NCBI GenBank assembly: GCA_051878275.1
Contig: JBJEJU010000061.1
Span: 890-64,889 of the forward strand
DNA length: 64,000 nt
Direction: 5' to 3'
Source: Candidatus Cryptobacteroides sp.
GTDB lineage: Bacteria > Bacteroidota > Bacteroidia > Bacteroidales > UBA932
The notes beneath the pieces are model-generated. The model was not told where the DNA came from and did no database searches. It worked only from the letters and a program-made list of their open reading frames with translations. The translations under genes were made by a program, and so were the position numbers. This document shows positions 50,664-60,076 of this stretch, piece by piece (position 1 is the first letter of the stretch; every line of letters starts with the position of its first letter).

Positions 50664-51584
50664 TTATTTCCATCTTTTGTGGCTCCACAGGTAATTGTCG
50701 GGATGGTTCCTGACGGATTCTTCCAGAAGAGCATAATAAGCTGTCATTATGCCGGTAGTGTCCATCCGGGATGCATCGTCGCATATCTTCCTGAATACCA
50801 TGTGGTACCTGCCTTTTTCCACTCTGTCTATGGCCATATAGAACACGGCCATCCCGAACTTGTGTGCAAGAGTCGCGCCACCGGTCATCACCATTGTGGG
50901 CTGGCTCATGAATTCGGGAATTGCAGTCCTGGTGGCCCCGCGGTAAGGGAACTGGTCGGTCGGGAAAATGTAGATCCGTTTCTCGTTCTTGTGCTCGAGG
51001 GCAAACCTGAGGACCTCCCTCGACTCCACCGAGCCCCTGTAGTCAACAAGGGGGGCAGTGCGGTTGTTGGTAAGGAACTCGTTCCAGAAGCTGCTTGTGA
51101 GACGCTTGTACACCACATTGGTATGGTCCGGGTCCATCCCTTCCGGGCGGACAGCCGCCTCGCTGAAATAGTCGTATATGCCTCCCGTTATCTCCCAGTT
51201 GCCGTAATGGGAGCTCAGTATCATCACGGAAGGACGGTTTTTGAAAGCCTCGATGAGCTCCTCCTCGCCCTGTGCAGTACACAGGCCCTGCCTGCGCAGT
51301 CTTCCCGGCATCCCGGAACATCCCCCGAACCAGCAGGTCTCGGCAAAAACTTCGCCGAGATGGGTGTAGAAACCGTCATGGAGTCTTTTCAGCTCATTGT
51401 ATTTCAATTCGGGAAAACTTCTTGAAAGATTGACCATTACGACATCCGAACGGTAATGGAGAAGATTTTTGGCAGTCCATGCGAACACACGGCCCCAGAA
51501 ATAATGGAAACCGAGCGGAAGCCGCTGCAGTGGCAGCAGCAACGCCCTGAATATCCTGTATCCCAAACTCTTTTTTCCGTCCAT
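50664..51584 (-). CDS. Lipid A biosynthesis acyltransferase (LpxL/HtrB family)
   Basis: NLSRSFPE, HYGNWE, DQ and YLWSHKRWK. A -7 box lies at 51611-51618. Confidence 0.88.
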   Translation of the reverse strand: MDGKKSLGYRIFRALLLPLQRLPLGFHYFWGRVFAWTAKNLLHYRSDVVMVNLSRSFPELKYNELKRLHDGFYTHLGEVFAETCWFGGCSGMPGRLRRQGLCTAQGEEELIEAFKNRPSVMILSSHYGNWEITGGIYDYFSEAAVRPEGMDPDHTNVVYKRLTSSFWNEFLTNNRTAPLVDYRGSVESREVLRFALEHKNEKRIYIFPTDQFPYRGATRTAIPEFMSQPTMVMTGGATLAHKFGMAVFYMAIDRVEKGRYHMVFRKICDDASRMDTTGIMTAYYALLEESVRNHPDNYLWSHKRWK

Positions 51585-51750
51585 TTTCCCTTTCCGAATA
51601 GATCCGATTACAAATATAACTCTTTTTGCGCAATATGCAGCCACCGGAGTTTTTCAAGTTGCAAAACGTTTTTTTGGTTTTACACAACCTATTCATTATC
51701 TTTGTAGGGATGTGCCTATAAGAAGACAACAATAACAAAACTCTATATTT

Positions 51751-53451
51751 ATGTTCAAAGGACAACCAAAGGGACTTTTTGCCCTGGCATTAGCCAACAC
51801 CGGAGAGCGCTTCGGTTACTACACGATGCTTGCCATCTTCATGCTGTTCCTGCAGGCCAAATTCGGCTTCAGCGAGGCTGTGGCAAGCCAGATTTATGCA
51901 ATATTCCTTGCCGCAGTCTATTTCATGCCGGTTTTCGGCGGAATGATTGCCGACAGGATCGGTTACGGCAAGTGCATCACCGCCGGCGTATCCGTGATGT
52001 TCCTGGGATACCTGCTTCTTGCTGTCCCTACAAGTGCCAACACCGTGGGCCTTGTGATGATGCTCGGTGCCCTTCTTCTCATTGCAATCGGTACGGGTCT
52101 CTTCAAAGGCAACCTGCAGGTGCTTGTAGGCAATCTCTATGACGACCCGAAGTATTCAGCAAAGAGGGATTCCGCCTTCAGCCTCTTCTACATGGCCATC
52201 AACATCGGTGCGATGTTCGCTCCTTCAGCAGCGACTGCAATCACCAACATGTTCCTCGGCAAGGCAGGCCTCATCTACAAGGCTGACATTCCATCACTTG
52301 CACACAAATTCATCGGCGGCACCATCACAGGAGCCGAGACCGAGACTCTCACCAGCCTGATGGGCCAGATGCCTGGAGAATCCATCGCCTCGATGGACCT
52401 CGGAGCATTCAGCCAGTACTACATCGACAACCTCGCAAGCTCCTACAACATGGGCTTTGCAGTTGCCTGCGTATCCCTCATCTTCTCGATTGCAGTCTAT
52501 CTCGGATGCCGCTCCTGGTTCAAGCACGCTGACGTCAACACCAAGCAGGCAGCAAGCAGCGGCAAAACCACTGTACACGTCGAGGAACTCACTCCAAAGC
52601 AGACAAAGGACCGCATCGTTGCCCTCTGCATGGTATTCGCGGTCGTTATCTTCTTCTGGATGGCATTCCACCAGAACGGCTCTTCACTCACCTGGTTTGC
52701 AAGGGATTACACTCAGTCTGAGGCTACTGGATGGGTAAGGATGGGATTCAATATCTGGATTCTTGTCCTCATCGCAGTGTCAGTTTATACACTCTTCGGC
52801 GTATTCCAATCCGAGAAGATGTCAAGCAAGATCACCTGCGGTGTCGCAACGCTTGCCATCTGGGGTGCGGTTGCACTCATCCACAGCGGCCAGCCAAACC
52901 CTCTCGCAGTGTTCCCGCAGCTTTTCCAGCAGTTCAACCCGTTCTTTGTCGTTGCCCTCACACCTGTGTCGATGGCCATCTTCAGCGCCCTTGCCAACAA
53001 GAAGGACGCAAATCATCCTGACGGACGCGAGCCTTCAGCTCCTATGAAGATCGGCCTCGGTATGCTCGTTGCGGCTGTCGGCTACTTCGTAATGGTAATG
53101 GCTTCCCTCGGACAGCAGTCCCCTGCACAGCTCAACGGCGGTGTTTCCCCTGATCCTGTGATGCCTACCTATCTTATGGGTACCTACCTTGTGCTCACTT
53201 TCGCGGAGCTTCTCCTTTCTCCTATGGGAATCTCCTTCGTTTCGAAGGTGGCCCCTCCTAAGTACAAGGGGCTTATGATGGGTCTCTGGTTCGCGTCAAC
53301 CGCAGTCGGCAACTACCTGTCATCCGTTCCGGGACTTCTCTGGAAGCATGTTCCGCTTTGGGCAAACTGGGCTATCCTCATGACACTCTGCATCATCGCA
53401 GGTATTGTGATGTTCTCGATGCTCAGGAAGCTTGAGGAAGCAACCAAATAA
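51751..53451 (+). CDS. POT family proton-dependent di/tripeptide MFS transporter
   Basis: ERFGYY, GTGLFKGN, FYMAINIG and ELLLSPMG. A -7 box TATCTTTG lies at 51697-51704. Confidence 0.93.
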   Translation: MFKGQPKGLFALALANTGERFGYYTMLAIFMLFLQAKFGFSEAVASQIYAIFLAAVYFMPVFGGMIADRIGYGKCITAGVSVMFLGYLLLAVPTSANTVGLVMMLGALLLIAIGTGLFKGNLQVLVGNLYDDPKYSAKRDSAFSLFYMAINIGAMFAPSAATAITNMFLGKAGLIYKADIPSLAHKFIGGTITGAETETLTSLMGQMPGESIASMDLGAFSQYYIDNLASSYNMGFAVACVSLIFSIAVYLGCRSWFKHADVNTKQAASSGKTTVHVEELTPKQTKDRIVALCMVFAVVIFFWMAFHQNGSSLTWFARDYTQSEATGWVRMGFNIWILVLIAVSVYTLFGVFQSEKMSSKITCGVATLAIWGAVALIHSGQPNPLAVFPQLFQQFNPFFVVALTPVSMAIFSALANKKDANHPDGREPSAPMKIGLGMLVAAVGYFVMVMASLGQQSPAQLNGGVSPDPVMPTYLMGTYLVLTFAELLLSPMGISFVSKVAPPKYKGLMMGLWFASTAVGNYLSSVPGLLWKHVPLWANWAILMTLCIIAGIVMFSMLRKLEEATK

Positions 53452-53458
53452 GGTATCG

Positions 53459-54190
53459 ATGCCTGATGATTTGAAAGCCCGGCTGAAAAGCTGGGCTGAA
53501 ACATATAATGATGCGAAATACTTCCGGGAGGACCCGATCATCTTCCCGGAGCATTTTGCGGAAAAGATGCGCAGCGGCAGGGCCTGCCTGGGGGATGTGG
53601 AGGTTGCAGCGGTATTTGCCGCGCATTTCGCCTGGGGACGCAGGGCGATGATAGTAAGGGACGGAAAGAGGCTGATGGACGAGATGGACTGGAAGCCCTA
53701 CGACTATGTGATGAAGGGACAATGGAGGGAAGGGAACGAGAGTATCCACAGGACTGTGAAATGGTGTGACGTGGCACAGATCTGCAACCGCCTCAAGGCA
53801 TTCTACCTGGAGAACGGCAGCCTGGAAAGCCTTGGAGCAAAGGACATCAGGACAGTCGTTTTCGGACAGAAACCAGACCCGAAGGCCCCTGACAAGAAAA
53901 TCAACATGATGCGCCGGTGGATGGTCCGCGATGACGGTAAGGTGGACCTCGGGGTATGGAAAAATACCGATCCCGCCGGCCTGCTCATTCCGCTTGACGT
54001 GCATGTCCACAATATGGCATCCGAGCTCGGCATCACCTCCCGGAGCCAGAAGGACCTCACGACAGTATTGGAGATTACCGACTTTTTCAAAGAATTATTC
54101 CCTCTCGACCCGTGCAAAGGAGACTTCTCCCTTTTTGGTTACGGAGTGAATCATCCAAAAAGGGCGGCAGAAAGCCGAAACTCTACATAA
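53459..54190 (+). CDS. TIGR02757/DUF2400 family protein
   Basis: DPI, AWGRR, KKINMMRRWMVR..VDLGVW, IPLDVHV and DPCKGDFSLFG. Confidence 0.88.
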   Translation: MPDDLKARLKSWAETYNDAKYFREDPIIFPEHFAEKMRSGRACLGDVEVAAVFAAHFAWGRRAMIVRDGKRLMDEMDWKPYDYVMKGQWREGNESIHRTVKWCDVAQICNRLKAFYLENGSLESLGAKDIRTVVFGQKPDPKAPDKKINMMRRWMVRDDGKVDLGVWKNTDPAGLLIPLDVHVHNMASELGITSRSQKDLTTVLEITDFFKELFPLDPCKGDFSLFGYGVNHPKRAAESRNST

Positions 54191-54777
54191 TTTCAGGATG
54201 CAACGGCGCCGGGAAGACCACAGCCTCATATGCTGTCCTCCCGGAGTTGCTCCAATGCAGCCAGTTTGTGAACTCTGATGAGTTTGCAAAGGCTTTTTCA
54301 CCCTTCAGCCCGGCGGAAGCGTCGATAATGGCCAGCCGCTATATGCTGAAGAAGATCCATTATTACCTTGAGCGCCTTGAGGACTTTGCCGTGGAGACCA
54401 CGCTTGCGACGCGTTCTCTCCAGAAAATAATTGCCTATGCCCAGGAAAAAGGCTATTTCGTGACAGTGCTCTATTTCTGGCTCGATTCGCCGGACCTTGC
54501 CGTGGAAAGGGTGAAGGAAAGAGTGAAGGCCGGGGGTCACGATGTCCCGGAAGATGTCATCAGAAGACGCTACGTCAAGGGCCTGAGATATTTTTTCGAA
54601 GACTACAGGATGCTTGCCGACAGGTGGATCCTGGCTGACAATACAAAGATCCCGTTCAAGGTGGTCGCACAGGGATGGCGCGAAAACATGGTTGTCAAGG
54701 ACAATATAAAATATGAGGCGATAGAGAGTTTCGCCCGCAGGGCGGCAGAGGCCGCAAAAGAAGAAAAGCATTTATGA
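54112..54777 (+). CDS. Zeta-toxin-like / AAA_33 P-loop kinase (start uncertain)
   Basis: LYIISGCNGAGKTT, FVNSDE, ETTL and RVKAGGHDVPE..IRRRY. No ATG near the domain start. Confidence 0.8.
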   Translation: MQRRLLPFWLRSESSKKGGRKPKLYIISGCNGAGKTTASYAVLPELLQCSQFVNSDEFAKAFSPFSPAEASIMASRYMLKKIHYYLERLEDFAVETTLATRSLQKIIAYAQEKGYFVTVLYFWLDSPDLAVERVKERVKAGGHDVPEDVIRRRYVKGLRYFFEDYRMLADRWILADNTKIPFKVVAQGWRENMVVKDNIKYEAIESFARRAAEAAKEEKHL

Positions 54778-56213
54778 TAAGCCAGAAGAATTATTATACC
54801 GACTTGTTCTCTATAGACGTGCCGCAGATGGAAAGGCTTGTCGGAGAAGCCCTTGCAGGTGGCGGGGACTATGCCGACCTGTATTTTGAGAATACTGCGT
54901 TCAGGGACCTGTACCTGCGTGACGGGGTTGTATCGTCGGGCGGATACCATATTGACTATGGAGTGGGCATCCGCACCCTTGTAGGCGAGAAGACAGGGTA
55001 TGCCTACACCGAAAGCACCGACATGAAGGCCATGCTTTCTGCCGCACAGGCCGCCGCAGCCATTTCCCCGGGCATTTTCATTCCTTCGGACAAGCCCACC
55101 GTGGCATTCAAGGGCTGTCCCAACCCTTCAGCGGACCGCTATCCCGTAGAGAGGGACTGGCGAGACTGGGATACTGCAGAAGGCGCGGCATTCCTCGGCA
55201 GGCTCGACAGGATGATAAGGGCAAGGGACAGCCGCATAGTGAAGGTCATCGGGATGATTTCCTGCCAGATGAGCGACATAATGATGTTCAATTCCCGCGG
55301 CGAGCTCAAATATGACACGCGTCCGATGGGCACGGTGGCGGTGTCGCTGGTGATGGGCAGCGGGGACAAGGTGCGCAACAACCACGTCAGCCGCAGCTAC
55401 CGCATCGGGGCAGAGATGCTCACGGATGCACTGGCGGAAGAGATGGCAAATGAGGCCCTGCGCAACATCGATGACCGCTTTGAGGCAAAAAGGCCGGAAA
55501 AGGGCGGGGCGATGAGCGTGGTCATGGGCGCGGGAGCAAGCGGCATACTGCTCCACGAGGCGATGGGACACGCATTCGAGGCCGACTTCAACCGCAAGGG
55601 CCAGTCGGTGTTTTCCGACAGGATGGGGAGCCGCATCTGCGCCGGAGGCATCAGCATAGTCGATGACGGGACCATCCGCGGCAACCGCGGGGCGCTTAAT
55701 TTCGACGACGAAGGGGTCCCGGGCCAGAAGACCTATATGGTTGAGGACGGGGTACTTGCATCATACCTCCACGACAGGATTTCAGCATCCTGGTACGGAG
55801 TGCGCCCAACCGGAAACGGACGCAGGGAGTCTTTCCGCTACAACCCGGTGCCGCGCATGAGGGCGACTTACATGGAAGGCGGCAACTCCACGCCGGAGGA
55901 AATCATCGCATCGGTGAAAAAAGGCATCTATGTGGACGAATTTGCCAATGGCCAGGTCAAAATCGGGGAGGGAGATTTCACGTTCTATGTAAAGAGCGGA
56001 TATATGATTGAAAACGGGCGTCTCGGACGTCCGGTCTGCGACCTCAACATAATCGGCAACGGCCCGAAGGCGCTAGCCGACATAGTGGCAGTGGGCAACG
56101 ATGCAAGGATTGACGACGGTGCCTGGACCTGCGGAAAGGAGCAGAATGTGCCCGTATCCTGCGGGATACCTACAGTAAGAGTGGAAAACCTGATAGTCGG
56201 AGGAGAGAACTGA
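54774..56213 (+). CDS. tldD: TldD metalloprotease
   Basis: YADLYFE, LLHEAMGHAFEAD, DDEG, TGNGRR...PRM and TCGK. Confidence 0.93.
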   Translation: MISQKNYYTDLFSIDVPQMERLVGEALAGGGDYADLYFENTAFRDLYLRDGVVSSGGYHIDYGVGIRTLVGEKTGYAYTESTDMKAMLSAAQAAAAISPGIFIPSDKPTVAFKGCPNPSADRYPVERDWRDWDTAEGAAFLGRLDRMIRARDSRIVKVIGMISCQMSDIMMFNSRGELKYDTRPMGTVAVSLVMGSGDKVRNNHVSRSYRIGAEMLTDALAEEMANEALRNIDDRFEAKRPEKGGAMSVVMGAGASGILLHEAMGHAFEADFNRKGQSVFSDRMGSRICAGGISIVDDGTIRGNRGALNFDDEGVPGQKTYMVEDGVLASYLHDRISASWYGVRPTGNGRRESFRYNPVPRMRATYMEGGNSTPEEIIASVKKGIYVDEFANGQVKIGEGDFTFYVKSGYMIENGRLGRPVCDLNIIGNGPKALADIVAVGNDARIDDGAWTCGKEQNVPVSCGIPTVRVENLIVGGEN

Positions 56214-57559
56214 TGATACCGTGGAGCATTACCCCGGAGGAAGCCGGGATCAGCAGATGGAGCATTGAAACAGCGCTCGGAATGGGTGCGTCGCAGGTGC
56301 GCGCCACCCTCAACAAAAGCATGATGGACCTCGTGCAGATGAGGGACGGCGAAGTGGACAAGGTGAGCCACAGCGGCGACAGGTCCCTCACGCTGAACAT
56401 ATATGCCGACAACAGATACGGCACCTTTTCCGTGAACCGGCTTGACAGGGAGCACCTCAAAGACTTCATTGCCAGGTCCATATCCATAGTCAGGCTGCTC
56501 GGTGAGGACCGTTTCAGGAAGCTTGCACCTCCGCAGAGGAAGGTTAGCGGTGCCACGACGGGCCTCGAGCTCGGACTCTACGACAGCGAATACGGAAAGA
56601 TGACTCCGCAGCGCCGGAGGGAGATTGCCGCAGATGCATGCGGGGATCCGGGAAGGTCGGCTGACGGATGGAAGGTCATCTCCGAGGAAGTGGAGTATTC
56701 CGATTCCATATATGACATGATGATAATGGACTCTGAGGGACTTGAATGCAGGCACACTGAAAGCTCTTTCGAAATCGGCTGCGAGACCACGATTGCCGAC
56801 TCCGAAGGCAACCGCCTGAGCGGATTCTGGTGGGATTCGCAGTCTTTCCTGTCCTCCCTGGACACCGTGGGATGCAGCCGGAAGGCTCTGGAAAGGGCCG
56901 TGGCGCAGATAGGGCCGAAAGCCTTCGACAGCTGCAGGACCAATATGATCGTGGAGAACGAAGTGGCTTCCAAGCTTGTCAATCCGCTTATTTCCGCACT
57001 GAATGCCTTTTCCCTGCAGCAGGGCAACTCTTTCCTGAAAGACTCTCTCGGCAAAAAAGTGTTCTCCGCGGGCCTCGCAATCACCGACATGCCGCTCGAG
57101 CGGGGTGCAAACGGGGCCAGGCTCTTTGACAGCGAGGGAGTTGCCGCAGCTGTCCGGCCGATAATAGAAAACGGGACTGTAAAGACCTATTTTGTCAATA
57201 CCTACATGTCCGGTAAAATGGGGCTGGAGCCTACCCTGGAAGATGCAATCAGGCCGGTAGTGGGCAGCTTCGGTCCGTGGAAGAACACCTCGGAAATGAT
57301 GGCCGGGCTGGGCGAAGGCATACTTGTGACCGGATTCAACGGAGGCAACAGCAATGCCGCAACCGGAGATTTTTCCTATGGAGTGGAAGGTTTTGCGTTC
57401 AGGGGAGGAAAGATTGTCCACCCGGTGAGGGAAATGGTCATCACGGGCAATTTCCTGGAGCTATGGAACAACCTTGCCGGCGCAGGCATCGACGCGAGGA
57501 CCTGCATGAGCAAAATCATCCCTTCCCTCGCATTCACCAATGTAGATTTCAGCGCATAA
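56213..57559 (+). CDS. pmbA: PmbA/TldE partner protein
   Basis: FDSEG and GGNSNAATGDFS; no HExxxH. Overlaps the tldD stop. Confidence 0.88.
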   Translation: MIPWSITPEEAGISRWSIETALGMGASQVRATLNKSMMDLVQMRDGEVDKVSHSGDRSLTLNIYADNRYGTFSVNRLDREHLKDFIARSISIVRLLGEDRFRKLAPPQRKVSGATTGLELGLYDSEYGKMTPQRRREIAADACGDPGRSADGWKVISEEVEYSDSIYDMMIMDSEGLECRHTESSFEIGCETTIADSEGNRLSGFWWDSQSFLSSLDTVGCSRKALERAVAQIGPKAFDSCRTNMIVENEVASKLVNPLISALNAFSLQQGNSFLKDSLGKKVFSAGLAITDMPLERGANGARLFDSEGVAAAVRPIIENGTVKTYFVNTYMSGKMGLEPTLEDAIRPVVGSFGPWKNTSEMMAGLGEGILVTGFNGGNSNAATGDFSYGVEGFAFRGGKIVHPVREMVITGNFLELWNNLAGAGIDARTCMSKIIPSLAFTNVDFSA

Positions 57560-57560
57560 A

Positions 57561-58700
57561 ATGAAAACAGCCATTGTCATACTCAACTGGAACACAAAGG
57601 ATTATCTCAGACGGTTCATTCCCGGCGTGCTTGCAGCCGCGGGGTGCCGCAAGGACGGCGGATGCGAAGGGGCAGAGGCGGAAGTGATAGTCGCCGACAA
57701 TGCCTCGGAAGACTTCTCCCTTTCCGTTGTCCACAATCTGTTTCCAAAGCTCAGATGCATCGCTCTTGACGCAAACCACGGTTTTACAGGAGGTTACAAC
57801 AAGGCCCTCGGGCAACTGAAGGATGAGGGGTTTGAGTATTATCTGCTGATGAATACCGACATTGAAGTTGCGGACGGTTTCCTGGAGCCGCTTGTGGATT
57901 TTATGGACAGCCATCCGGATTGCGGTGCGTGCGCGCCGAAGCTCCATTCGTGGTATGACCGCGACAGCTTTGAATATGCGGGTGCAGCCGGCGGGTATAT
58001 CGACAGGTTCGGCTATCCGTTCTGCCGCGGCAGGGTGATGAAAACCCTCGAAAAGGACTGCGGGCAGTATGACGGTGCGCCGAAAAATGTGTTCTGGGCC
58101 ACAGGGGCCTGCCTGATGGTCAGGGCGGAGGTGTTCCACAGGCTCGGTGGGTTCGACGACAGGTTTTTCGCCCATATGGAGGAGATCGACCTGTGCTGGA
58201 GGATGCAGCTGCAGGGCTGCAGGATTTGCGTTGTCCCCGGTTCCACGGTCTGGCACCTCGGCGGGGGCACCCTTGCCCCGGACTCCCCTTTCAAGCTCCG
58301 CCTCAACTACCGCAACAACCTGCTGATGCTCGAGAACAATCTGGCCTACGTATGTGCACAGGACGTTGTCCACAAGAACGAGACCGTCTCTGCCGCAGCC
58401 TCTGAAGGATTGAAGATGGCACGCAGGAGGATATGGATGAGGATGATTATGGACGGTTTTTCGGCAATTGTGTATCTTTGCAGTTTCAGGAAAAAGTATT
58501 TCGACGCAGTGCTGGCCGCACACAAGGAATACAGGCACCTCAGGAAACGCCCTTCTCAGGCCCAGGTCGGGCAGTGGCTCAGGGAAAAGGGCGGCAAGGT
58601 GCACGTCAGGGGCATTTATCCCAAGTGGATGGTCCCGAAGGCGATGTTTGCCAAGAATGAGTTTATAATGGAGATCCATGATTTCCAGAACAAAGTATAG
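57561..58700 (+). CDS. GT2 family glycosyltransferase
   Basis: IVILNWN, ADNAS, NTD, WATGAC, EEIDLCWR and HLGG. Confidence 0.92.
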   Translation: MKTAIVILNWNTKDYLRRFIPGVLAAAGCRKDGGCEGAEAEVIVADNASEDFSLSVVHNLFPKLRCIALDANHGFTGGYNKALGQLKDEGFEYYLLMNTDIEVADGFLEPLVDFMDSHPDCGACAPKLHSWYDRDSFEYAGAAGGYIDRFGYPFCRGRVMKTLEKDCGQYDGAPKNVFWATGACLMVRAEVFHRLGGFDDRFFAHMEEIDLCWRMQLQGCRICVVPGSTVWHLGGGTLAPDSPFKLRLNYRNNLLMLENNLAYVCAQDVVHKNETVSAAASEGLKMARRRIWMRMIMDGFSAIVYLCSFRKKYFDAVLAAHKEYRHLRKRPSQAQVGQWLREKGGKVHVRGIYPKWMVPKAMFAKNEFIMEIHDFQNKV

Positions 58701-58709
58701 TATTGAATC

Positions 58710-60074
58710 ATGAATATCATCATCGAAGGGGCCGGGGAGGTCGGTTCACACCTGGCGAAGATGCTGTCCGCCGCCGACAATGACATCACGGTCATCGACA
58801 ACAGCGAAGCCAGACTTGCAAAACTTACGGCATCTGCCGACATTGTGGCGATAAGCGGCAACCCCTCTTCCATCCGCACCCTCAGGGAGGCCGGAGTGGA
58901 CCATGCCGACATGTTCATAGCCGTCAATCCCGGAAGCAACCAGGACATCAACATCGTCAGCGCCATCCTCGCCAAGAGGATCGGATGCAAAAAAGTGTGC
59001 GCGCGCGTTGACAATGAGGAATATATATCATATGACAACAAGTACATGTTTACGGAGATGGGCATTGACCTGCTGTTCTATCCCGAAAAAGTGGCCGCTG
59101 CGGAGATTGTCTCCCTCCTGAAGCATTCGTCTTCGACCGAATCGATGGACTTCGCAAGGGGAAAACTGCAGATGGGCGTGTTCCGTCTCGAGGAGGACTC
59201 CCCCATCATTGACATGACAGTCGCGGAATTTGCAACGGCTTTTGCGCAAAAGAACCACAATTTCAGGATTGTGGCCGTGTCCAGGGACGAGACGACCATG
59301 ATTCCGAGACATGACACACGCTTCCGCTATCACGATGTGGTGTTCATCATCATCAAGAGGGAAAGCCTCGAGCCGCTGATGAATTATCTCGGCAAGAGCA
59401 GCGTGGAGGTCAACAATGTGATGATTCTCGGCGCAGGCCAGATCGGGGAAATGGTAGCAAAGGGCATCAGCAGGAGCGTGGACGACGTGAAGGTGATTGA
59501 CTCCGACAGGGAGCTCTGCCTGGAGCTGAGCGAGAAGACCGACGACAACGTGATCTGCATCCACGGGGACGGACGCAACCCGGATTTCCTGCTTGAGGAG
59601 AATATCAGGGAGGCTGATGCCTTTGTGGCAGTGACGGGCAATGACGAGGCCAATGTGCTTGCGTGCGTGGTAGCCAAGAAGTTCGGAGTGGCGAGGACCA
59701 TTGCGGAGGTCGAGAATATCGAGTACATCAAGCTTGCCGAGGAGATGGGGGTGGATGCCGTCATCAACAAGAAGCTCATCACTGCCGGCAAGATCTACAA
59801 GATGACGCTTTCCAACAAGGTGCGTTTCGTCAAATACATGAGCGGCACCAATGCCGAGGTGCTCGAATACAATGTGGCTCCGGACAGCCTGATCACCCGC
59901 AAACCTCTCAAGGACATGGCTTTTCCGGAGAATGCCATCATCGGCGGAGTCGTGCGCGGCAGCGAGTCATTCATTGCCGTAGGTGACACCATGATCGAGG
60001 CATATGACAGGGTGTCGGTATTCGCGATGCCGGACGCCGTGAAGGAAGTGGACAAACTTTTCAATTCGAGATAG
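58710..60074 (+). CDS. trkA: Trk potassium uptake NAD-binding subunit
   Basis: Two RCK_N (GAGEVG, GAGQIG) and RCK_C pairs; 454 aa. Confidence 0.93.
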   Translation: MNIIIEGAGEVGSHLAKMLSAADNDITVIDNSEARLAKLTASADIVAISGNPSSIRTLREAGVDHADMFIAVNPGSNQDINIVSAILAKRIGCKKVCARVDNEEYISYDNKYMFTEMGIDLLFYPEKVAAAEIVSLLKHSSSTESMDFARGKLQMGVFRLEEDSPIIDMTVAEFATAFAQKNHNFRIVAVSRDETTMIPRHDTRFRYHDVVFIIIKRESLEPLMNYLGKSSVEVNNVMILGAGQIGEMVAKGISRSVDDVKVIDSDRELCLELSEKTDDNVICIHGDGRNPDFLLEENIREADAFVAVTGNDEANVLACVVAKKFGVARTIAEVENIEYIKLAEEMGVDAVINKKLITAGKIYKMTLSNKVRFVKYMSGTNAEVLEYNVAPDSLITRKPLKDMAFPENAIIGGVVRGSESFIAVGDTMIEAYDRVSVFAMPDAVKEVDKLFNSR

Positions 60075-60076
60075 TC

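Noticed and set aside
54159-54165. Canonical -1 slippery heptamer A_AAG_GGC
   Set aside because: It is phased in the downstream frame, not the TIGR02757 frame, so it cannot explain a classical tandem slip into the kinase.
54112-54777. Classical epsilon-zeta toxin-antitoxin module
   Set aside because: No antitoxin-sized ORF adjacent, and the gene is embedded in a housekeeping-like operon.
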